From the NCBI GenBank assembly GCA_965235115.1, contig OZ249436.1, forward strand, positions 48,920,001-48,984,000: a stretch of 64,000 nt of DNA, in the 5' to 3' direction. The position numbers were made by a program, and so were the translations under genes. Below are positions 54,825 to 64,000 of this stretch, piece after piece (the stretch's first letter is position 1; each line of letters opens with the position of its first letter). This stretch comes from Laetmonice hystrix. Its lineage: Eukaryota. The notes below the pieces were generated by a model. It had not been told where the DNA came from, ran no database searches, and saw nothing but the letters and a program-made list of their open reading frames with translations.

Positions 54825-55008
54825 CCAGGGCCCGGTTTTTAGTTTGAAAACTGAGTCTTAAGATTCAAATCTTAAGATTGAATTCTTGTTTCAGAGCTTC
54901 TGATTGGTCCTTCAAATGAAGTCAGCCAATGAGAGACCATAACACAAGTCAGTCTTAAAATTTCAGTCTTAAGATTGGTAAAATGACAAACTAAAAACCA
55001 GGGCCTGG
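54825..55008. mobile_element. MITE nested in the retroelement
   Basis: TIRs CCAGGGCCCGGTTTTTAGTTTG / CAAACTAAAAACCAGGGCCTGG; internal CTTAAG and CTGATTGG..CCAAT symmetry like the element at 35135. Confidence 0.75.
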
Positions 55009-55217
55009 GCCAACTCAGCAAAAATATATGCTCACTCAAGGCATCGCTCAGGGGTACAGGCCCTCCGCAGCCAAGACGCCGGTCCTCCCACAGTCGCTGC
55101 ACCATCCACAGACCCACCTCAGACTATGCCGCAGATTCCGGGCGACCAGAATTTGGCCCCGTCTTACTAAGCCGGCGACGTCGCCAAATGGGACGTCGCC
55201 GGCCCATATAAGGTAAT

Positions 55218-55800
55218 ATGTCGCCTGCTCTGGCGACGTGCCCCATTGCTCCAGGATGCTTCAGATTTATCCATAACCTCAGCTACCCATGCGAAGAAGG
55301 CACGTCTATCAACTCTTCCATCCCCAGGGACAGAGTTGCTGTGAAGTATTGTACTTTGGACCATGCCATAGGCCACATTAACCAGTTAGGCAATCATGCA
55401 TGGCTGGCCAAAACCGACATTAAATCTGCCTTTAGGATCATCCCTGACCATCATCTGCTCGGCTTCATCTGGCACGGTCAATTCTATTATGACACCACTC
55501 TCCCGATGGGCTGTTCTATGTCGTGCGCCATCTTCGAGGCCTTCTCGACAGCCATCCAATGGGTGGCCCAACACAAACTTCATATTACACATATCGTCCA
55601 TGTCTTGGATGACTTCCTGATCATTGCAGACTCAGAACAAGAGGCAAAGGATCATTTGGGTCGCTTCATTGCTTTTTGCAATGAATGTGGTATACCCATT
55701 GCTGCAGAAAAAACGGAGGGCCCTGCTCCGACCCTTACGCTTTTGGGCATAGACCTCGATGTTAGACGAGGCCTTGCCATGCTGCCAGAAGACAAAGTAT
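55218..55800 (+). pseudogene. DIRS-type reverse transcriptase
   Basis: FRFIHNLSYP..SIN..IP, LAKTDIKSAFRIIP, LLGFIW.GQFYYD..LPMGCS.SC.IFE.FS, HVLDDFL, EKTEGP...LTLLGIDLD. Confidence 0.9.
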
Positions 55801-55804
55801 CGCT

Positions 55805-56070
55805 CATGGCCAGCCTCCGTAGACCGTGGAGACATAACTCTTCTCGAGCTATACCCGATTGTCCTTGCTGTTCTCCTTTGGGGCGAGAAGCTCAGGAACA
55901 GTAACATCAAGTTCCACACAGACAATATGGCATTAGTGTCTATCATAAATTCTACTTCCTCATCAAAAGAGAACATCAGGAAGCTGGTCCGCATTTTGGT
56001 GTCTGCCATGCTCAAATATAACTTTTCCTTTCATGCCGTCCATATCCCGGGAGTTCAAAACAACTTGGCC
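55805..56070 (+). pseudogene. DIRS-type RNase H domain (frameshifted, internally deleted relative to RT)
   Basis: DITLLELYPIVLAVLLWG...IKFHTDNMALVSIIN..SS...HIPGVQN. Confidence 0.85.
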
Positions 56071-56324
56071 CCACTTCTCCAGATGTGCTAAGCTATGGGA
56101 ATATGACACTCTCGCAAGGCCAGGCTTCCTTCATCCTCCGCAATTGCAAACATTCTAAAGAGCCATACAATGTCGTCATCTCAGCCATGCCATCCTCTCC
56201 TTATTGCCCAGTCCAGGCATTAAGGGCATAGCCACTGGAGGGGAAGCCACGACGGGTCGCTTTTCACCCTCGGTCCTTCAACAACATTTTTTGCGGACCT
56301 ATCCCGGCGATACTTACGTTACAC

Positions 56325-56471
56325 TTGTTTTCTGTGGTCTAGACACCACACGTTTTAAAGGTCATAGTTTCCGGATTGGGGCAGCCTCCGATGCTGCACC
56401 GTCGAGGTTATTCCGATGCCCGGATTCGGCTAATGGGTAGGTGGCACTCGGACGCCTTCCGACGATATATT
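56325..56471 (+). pseudogene. Tyrosine recombinase C-terminal catalytic fragment
   Basis: CGLDTTRFKGHSFRIGAASDAA [frameshift] RGYSDARIRLMGRWHSDAFRRYI contains H-x-x-R and the W...Y catalytic box. Confidence 0.88.
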
Positions 56472-56499
56472 ATGGCTCCACCTGTCTTATAGACAGGTA

Positions 56500-57124
56500 A
56501 AGCCTAGGTCCCACTAGGACCTGCGATTCCCTGCGATCAGTTCAGTCGTGCGACTAGGGCTGGTCGTGGGTAGTCGTCCATTGTAAGACCAGTCGTGAGA
56601 CCTGTCACCGACTGATAGCACCACTAATCGCCCGACTCCGGCACGATTGCTCAGGACCACGTACGATTGATAAGGCCCTGTCGCACAACTGGCCACGACC
56701 AATTGTGAGACATGTGCCGACCTCTTGTGACTGCTCGTCGTCCAATCAGGTCTGGTCGCACGACAGGTCGTGTCAGTGGTCGGGGACAGTCGTGCGATTG
56801 TCCTACGAGAATAGTTTCCTACTATCACCCACGACAATGAAGGACCACCAAAGATTTGTCCCCAAACCATCGCACGACAACTGACGACTAGGATGCGACA
56901 GGATGCGACAGGATGCGGCAGGATGCGACTACTTTAGTCGCAGGCAGGTTGTTGCACATGATCAACAACCTCCCTGCGATGGATTTTGGTCGTGCGATTA
57001 TGGAGGACTACCCACAACCACCGAGGACTTGTGGCAGGACTTTTATAAGATTTCCTGGGATTTTAGTCGCAGACTGGTCGTAACCTGTTGTAAGTTGTCG
57101 TATCTCCTAGTGGGACCTAGGCTT
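56500..57124. mobile_element. Non-autonomous TIR element inserted just after the YR gene
   Basis: Perfect TIRs AAGCCTAGGTCCCACTAGGA / TCCTAGTGGGACCTAGGCTT flanked by TA (or TWA, Harbinger-like); interior rich in CGAC/GTCG motifs. Confidence 0.85.
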
Positions 57125-57989
57125 TAGTGGCCCAAGGTCGCCACATAAGAGAGCCTTCAGGCTTTTGCAGTTACAATTTACAACCCAGTAACTTTTCATT
57201 CTTAACTTTTATATCAGGCTGAACCAAGACGCCAAGGTTGTGCAGCGTGGGCTCACGGCCAAAGAAAAGCCTACCACTTCAATATCAACTTCGTTTTATC
57301 TAATTTTCAAACCCGAGACACTGCAGCGTGGGCTCAGAGTCAGAACGGGTCGGTGACACATCTCCTCCTATAACCTTACTTACTTAGCTACCTTATGGGC
57401 AGTGCAGCGGGGGCTCACTGCCCTACTTCCTCTCCCTATCTATACCTTCTCATCCTAAATTCAACCCAGACAGTGCAGCGTGGGCTCACTGTCCTACTTA
57501 CCTCCAATATTCCACTATATACCATCACTTATGTAAATTCGAGTTAATAAATGTGTCACCCACTTAACAACAATAACTTGTCCGAGTTCTGCCTGCATAA
57601 AATATATTTGTTATAACATCATATTTCTTGCTATGCCGGCCATCATCATCGAGACATGGCGAGGCGTTCAGTGGGGTGGCTCCTAGGAATCAGCCTCTAG
57701 ATTGACAATTCTGCTTGTCAGACTCGCATGTGATCCTGCATACATTATGATTAGCCCCTCATACTCCGCCCATGCATAACCTCCATTAGCACAATCACGC
57801 CTAGAGATGGCGCGGTACCCCCTCCGCTGAATTCATTAACAGTTCAGCCCTTTTCTTCAACTACAGCCGAGAACCTGTCGCCCAACCAGTTGCTGGTTGA
57901 AAGCCATCCTCGGAGGGTGGCGAACAGACGGGAGTATGCCACAACCATCGATAGTTGTTTTCTTCCTGGAGTTTAGTCTCATTTACTTC

Positions 57990-59995
57990 ATGCCGAACTT
58001 AGCAGCGATAACGGTCGGTTCTGGACCCGCCTGGACCGAGCAGGTGGAGGTCCAGAACAGCAGCGCCTGGCAGGACTGGCAACCCGGACCGGACCAGAAC
58101 AGCAGCGCCTGGCAGGACTGGCAACCCGGACTGGACCAGAACAGCAGCGCCTGGCAGGACTGGCAACCCGGACCGCACCAGAACAGCAGCACCTGGCAGG
58201 ACTGGCAAGCCGGATCAGTCCAGAACAGCAGCGCCTGGCAGGACTGGCAACCCGGACCGGACCAGAACAGCAGCGCCTGGCAGGACTGGCAACCCGGACC
58301 GCACCAGAACAGCAGCGCCTGGCAGGACTGGCAACCCGGACCGGACCAGAACAGCAGCGCCTGGCAGGACTGGCAACCCGGACCGGACCAGAACAGCAGC
58401 GCCTGGCAGGACTGGCAACCCGGACTGGACCAGAACAGCAGCGCCTGGCAGGACTGGCAACCCGGACCGCACCAGAACAGCAGCGCCTGGCAGGACTGGC
58501 AACCCGGACCGCACCAGAACAGCAGCGCCTGGCAGGACTGGCAACCCGGACCGGACCAGAACAGCAGCGCCTGGCAGGACTGGCAACCCGGACCGGACCA
58601 GAACAGCAGCGCCTGGCAGGACTGGCAACCCGGATCAGTCCAGAACAGCAGCGCCTGGCAGGACTTGGACCCTGAACGAGAGAGAAAATCAGGCAGCAAC
58701 ATGACGATGGTCCAGCAAGCCGCGGGACTAATCTACTACCGAGCTGGTCTTGCCATACAAACCTACTATCTACCCATCATCATTCCTATAGGAATAATAG
58801 GTAAGGTTTCACCATGCGTTCCGTATCACTCCACTGTCACTATCTCAACTTGTTCTACTATCTCAGGTAACGCTAAACGTCAAAATAACTGTATATTATC
58901 CATATAAAACGTTTCTGTTCCTAAGCATGTTAATGAGGTAACACTTCTCCATGTGTTAAATAACTTTTGTTTGTGTTGTTTTCAGGAAACACGCTGTCCC
59001 TATCGGTCATGCTGAAGGCAAGAAACCGACTTGTATCGTGTTATGTCTACATGGCCTCCCTAGCCATCTCCGACAACTTTATAATGGCCCTTGCCGCTTA
59101 CTATTGGCTGACCAGTGAAATCCTTACTAAGGGTTTCTCACTCTGGGAATGTAAATTTCTGGTCTGGTTCTTTCACACTTTCACCGCCACTGGCACCTGG
59201 TTTGTGGTGGCGATGACTGTTGACAGGACGATCGCCATAAGGATGCCGTTCGCGGCACAGGCCCTGTCAGCATCCCGAGCCCGAGCGATCGTCTGTGTCT
59301 TGGTGGTGTTTCTCCTAATCTATTCCAGCCCGCATGTCCTTTACACTAGTGTTCTGGCGACAGGAAAGTCGTGTGCCGGTTTTACGACAGGATCGGGACT
59401 TTTTGGTCTCATCTACTCCTGGACTAATCTCGTCTTTAACTGCTTGCTCCCGTTTGTTACAATTCTGGTACTCAATTCATTAATAATTTCTGCAATCGTG
59501 AAACGCAAGCAGAAGATCCTTAAATATTCAAATGAAAATATAGCCATACCACAAGAAGGCATGGACAGATCTCCCGAGGGCAACAATGACGTAGGCGTGT
59601 CCAACCCATCTTTCGAACTTGGGGAGGCGACCGTAAACTGCAACATGGCGGGGAACGAAACGGGAAGGGCAGGAACCATTCCAGGAAGATCAGGGACGGT
59701 CCCCAGACTGAGCCACAAGTACAAGCTGAGTGTACGTGACCGTCAGTTAGTGATGATGTTAATGTTAGTTACCTTCGCCCTCCTTCTACTCACCTTACCA
59801 CAGTACATACGGTACACTATCTACGAGTTCCTTGAGTTCCGAAACTCCCCTACAACTTTCGCCGTCTATATTCTCGCATTCCACTTCACCCAGAAATTGT
59901 ACTACACCAACAGTGCAATAAACTTCTTTCTCTACTGCATAGCAGGTTCCAAGTTCAGAGCCGACTTGAGAGAAACGTTTCTGGGTTGTAAATGA
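57990..59995 (+). CDS. Class A peptide-receptor-like GPCR (FMRFamide/sex-peptide-receptor-like group) with a repetitive N-terminal ectodomain; exons 57990-58800 and 58986-59995
   Basis: TM1 YYLPIIIPIGIIG|NTLSL joins across a phase-1 GT-AG intron (ATAG|gtaagg ... ttttcag|GA). Further motifs: LAISD, MTVDRT, LLPFVTILVLN, LTLPQY, TNSAINFFLYCIAGSKFR. The start codon is uncertain (57936, 57990 or 58701). Confidence 0.87.
58053..58664 (+). repeat. Coding 42-bp VNTR (QNSSAWQDWQPGPD) x14 plus one partial copy
   Basis: Exact 42-bp period with no indels, in frame with GPCR TM1. Confidence 0.93.
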
Positions 59996-62900
59996 GCATG
60001 CGCACATATTAGCCCAGACATGTATTTGACTTTGCACATATTCCAGGCCTGTGGATCATTTTCAACTGTAGCAGCATGGACACTGGAAGGTGCGCTTATT
60101 ACGGTAACGTTTACCACGGTTTTTCCCAATATAGCCATTCGTAAATTAACCAGGACATCCAAGTAGGTATACCCTGAAGACTTGATGGCATATCTCATAT
60201 TCCAGTCCCAGACTGGTTCTGTCTGATCCTAACCGCAGAAATGTATATTCTCACAACAGTTTCCGGCAGAATCCGCGGGATGCAGGCCACATTATGTTAA
60301 TTATTGTTTGCTTGCCTCAGTCTGTAGGAGAAAGTCAGGCGAGACCTGAACGAGTTTAGCACTCTGCACACAGATTTGATAGCAGACCAACGCAACGGAA
60401 GCGGAATTCCTCTGTTTGGAGTTTGGGAATTCCAATCGAAGAGCGCGGCGGAATACTGTTGACCTATGTTTCTGGGTTGCAACAGAGAACATTATGGACG
60501 TATTTTGTCATACTCTAGTAGGGGCGAAAATCACCATTGTAAGGTACGCCCTCTTCACGGACCCGAGATGGGTCTAGATCACTGCGCAGAGCGTTGTGCG
60601 GTGTATCCCGCTGCACGGACAACATGCATGACTCTGAGTGTGTTTATGACATTTTCTCAATTACCTATAGTATTCCGGTATGAAAATGTTTTTAAGCCAC
60701 CACTGATATCATTAGAAGTACATCTATGAAAAAATCCGGATAACGCAGGTCGCAGCAACATGACACGAGCATTTCCGGTGTAGGTCAAAAGTAGTCCCAG
60801 GAGCTATCCCAGAATCCGTATGCCAGAGATGATTACGGTGGAATACGGAGTAATAAGCTCGTGGCTGCCAGTATGGTATATTGTATGTTTGACAGTGCGA
60901 GTGGGTGTTCGTATGTTTGGGGGCATGCAGGTAGAAATACGAAAGATTTGCGGAAATTTGGTAACATTAGATATCGTCATATTGTTATGAATAGCTAAAT
61001 AAACCACATGTATGATGTTTAGTGAGTTTAAAGTCATTATTTTCTAAATATATATGCATAAAAAAGTGATGATGGGCATGTTTTAAAATTATAAGGAAGC
61101 CACCATTAGAATACCAGTGGGGGCCTGGAGTTTTTTAAATAAATATTTTCGTGGGTAAAATGGGCGAAATAAATAAATTAACACCAGGTATGGTGATAAT
61201 AACGATTTTATCCTCAAAGGAGGAATAATTTTGTTGTTACTTGATAGGGGGAAAATATTTTCATCCCATCCTTCAATAAAAAAGTAAATTTTCCCACCTC
61301 CTTTGTGAAATAAATAATTATAGATAGGCAAAACTCCTCTTAGATCTCTAATGATGGCCGTTTAGTCATTTCGGTCGTCAATCAGAGTGTACGAGTTCCA
61401 TGAAAGGGCTATGTACAGACTTGCCCACATCATGAACCACCTAGTACGTAGAAAACTATTATGAAACGTTTGTTGTCTGTAGCAGCAGCCCCCCCCCCCC
61501 CCCCAATGTCAATTTTAGTAAGTTTCACCACAGCCAAGTTCTACTTCAAGGCAACACACAACAATCGACGAAAAACTATGCATCTTCGTAGTCACTAGAG
61601 GGCGCCACCTAGACTTTTGGGACAAGTTAACCGTTGAGGAAAATCTATACGGTCCTCTTTAACACCTAACATCAACGCTAGGACGTTAGGCTCTTATTAT
61701 TTGTCTTCCGGTTTCTAAAAAACTGAGTGGCTAATGTTTGGTTTGGTAAGGCACAGCCACTCACCTGGTACGGACCGGAAGCAATATTGGTTAATTCATT
61801 CTTGCGAAATGCTACCAGCAAATACTTTGAGTAGCCTAGGCCTATTCCTCCAAAGATGGCGCCACTAGCATTTCCCCAATGTCTTTCCCAATCTCCCATG
61901 AGACATGGCGCGTAGCTTCAGTCTCTGCCACCACTGTTTTTTTACGCGCTGATTCCTCACATATTAAATTCTTTCTCCAACTTTCTTAATTACTACTTAT
62001 GGGAATTCCTAGCTATATCCTATGTGAATAGAGAAAGGTCTAAGGGGTCCAACAAATTTATTTACAATTTAGATATACCCCAAATACGGAAGGAACTATT
62101 AAAGGATAGTGGAACTATTTTTTGCACGAAGTTATCCATTGTTTACGAGTGGTGTAATAGGGTGTTTACTCGGGTCACCAAAACAAGGGGACTTTCCGAC
62201 ATTTCGCCACTGTGACACAAGATCAATGCCTCAAACTTGCTCTATAGTCGCAAAACATGTTAAACTCGACACCTGTCAAGTCTACATATTATTTACTGAA
62301 CGAAGGTGGGTGTAATTTGCCGGGATTGCCTTGAGTCGACAGCGATCACAGCGGCCAGGTTTTCTGGGTCATCACGAAAAACACGTGTTAAACATCAAAA
62401 TCCAAGTAGGCCCCCAGGTCATGAATATTTATATCAAGTGGTGGCAGAGATGTTATATCCAGACAGCAGTGACATCTTGCGGCGGAGAGTGTGTCTTTCC
62501 TTCCCACCTATTTGCTTGCCTCCAAAGTCAATCTCCTGGCTTTCCTTCTTTCGTGAAGGTGAGGAATTGCCTGTGAAGGCAATCAATTAACTAAGGAGGC
62601 AAAGAATTAGATGAAAAGGCAACTAATTGCCTGTGAAGGCAATGAATTAACTGAGGAGGCAAATAATTAGATGAAAAGGCAACTAATGACTGTGAAGCGA
62701 AATAGGCCTAACTTTCTCTAAAGACAAAGAATCACACTGTGAAGCTATAGAATTTAACTGTGAAACGAAGGACTGTAAAGCGAAGGAATTTCACTGTGAA
62801 GTCAAGGAATTGCATGTGAAGTACAATTTGTACTTCTGGACCACCGTAGTATGGAATTGGGGACAGGTCACTGGTACCTTTGACATGCCCCGGTTGGCGA

Positions 62901-63528
62901 TCTAAACCTCTCTGACGCCTACATCCTACATCCTCGTAAGGTGCTGGGTTTCCCCAGGGCCCCGACACCGGGAATACCCATCATCCACTTATGACCTTAA
63001 TATTTCCCCGAGCTGGAAGGCCCCCTATCGGGTGGACATGACAACACATTGTCGAACTGCGACAAAGAGTACTTACATGAGACGAAAATTAAAATTCTGT
63101 CAATTGGTCACTTGGACACAGTCACTTTTAATGTTGGTCTCATGGTTTTTTTTGTTTTTTTTTTATTCACATTGTTTACCCTGGAAGCGGATCAGGCAAC
63201 GCCTGTTCTTCCCCCGTTGCCAGCTATATAGCCTACATTTGATCTATGTTCGAAATTCATTTTTGAAGATTGCGATACCTAGTCAGAGTGCAGGATGAGA
63301 TGGGATGGGGTGGTATGATTTGGGTTACAGGGGTGAAAGACATTATATACAATAGTAAAGTGTCATAATTATGATTGCATTGTGGCTGACCCCTATGTGG
63401 TTGGAACAATTTTCAAATCTCAAATCTGGTTGACAAATTCATGCGACTAGATCTGTAAGGACTATCAATTAGAGATCGGCTTTAGATGTTAAGGATATGA
63501 AGGTGTTATTCGCGCCTCAACATGCGGC

Positions 63529-63745
63529 TTCAACGACGGAAAGGTGAGAGTCTGGCGTCGCAATGGAACTGCACTGGAACCGTCAAATCTGTCCTAAGTT
63601 TGTCGGCAAGAAACGTATTCCATGATGGTCTGGGGTTGCATTATATTCTTTGGAGTCAGTGAACGTGAGGCAACATGAACCACCAATATTACATCGATAT
63701 TCTGGAGCAGAATATGCTACAATCGATTGCGAACACTCTAGGCGA
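63529..63745 (+). pseudogene. Tc1-family transposase DDE-domain relic
   Basis: Translates as FNDGKVRVWRRNG...*...SMMVWGCI.FFGV [frameshift] GNMNHQYYIDILEQNML; a mariner-type end TACAGGGTGT..AAAAAA follows at ~63780. Confidence 0.8.
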
Positions 63746-64000
63746 CCGAGAGGCCACTCTTAAAGGACCACCCAGAATATACAGGGTGTATATATAAAAA
63801 AAAGTATACACTCAGAAAAATGAACAAGAAACGGACCTTTCATTATTTTCAGCGAATCTGTCCGGACATGTATCACATTCGCTTCGGATCTCTTGCCTCA
63901 CCTCCACCCCCACCCCCAATAATAATATGCTTCCGTTGCCCCCGTTCCGCGGTTGCCCCCCCCCCCTCTCCCCCGTAGACACTGCGACTAAACACCGAAA

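Larger units (their letters stand above)
52700..57560 (+). mobile_element. Degenerate tyrosine-recombinase retrotransposon (DIRS/Ngaro-like)
   Basis: SGNH-hydrolase-like remnant, DIRS-type RT, RNase H and YR C-terminus in order, with frameshifts and deletions; nested MITEs and a tandem repeat inside; outer boundaries approximate. Confidence 0.82.

Noticed and set aside
57983..58702. Cys-rich antisense ORF (GCQSCQALLFWS)n
   Set aside because: Antisense shadow of the GPCR's 42-bp coding repeat.

Overview
Eukaryotic (marine invertebrate, probably lophotrochozoan-type) genomic DNA with spliceosomal introns and no prokaryotic features. Three protein-coding genes are well supported. (1) A galanin/allatostatin-A-family class A GPCR on the minus strand (CDS 29415-30605). 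(2) A ~20-exon minus-strand gene (35312-51236, ~2,020 aa) for a secreted GH18 chitinase-like protein with a degenerate active site followed by ten CBM14/peritrophin-A chitin-binding domains. (3) A two-exon plus-strand peptide-receptor-like class A GPCR (57990-59995) whose N-terminus holds ~15 copies of a 14-aa N-glycosylation-sequon repeat. Also present: a decayed tyrosine-recombinase retrotransposon (DIRS/Ngaro-like: SGNH hydrolase, RT, RNase H, YR; ~52.7-57.5 kb) with nested MITEs, a truncated histone H2B orphon with an intact promoter, a Tc1 transposase relic, many MITEs and more than 12 minisatellites, including a 7.4-kb 39-bp array. Most long ORFs in the ORF track are repeat artefacts. 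The two strongest leads for something undescribed are an unassigned ~370-nt, heavily base-paired candidate Pol III ncRNA (TATA box, 5'/3' closing helix, oligo-T end; 27415-27793) and four regularly spaced hairpins with a conserved loop and covarying stems at the 3' end of the YR retroelement (57236-57493).
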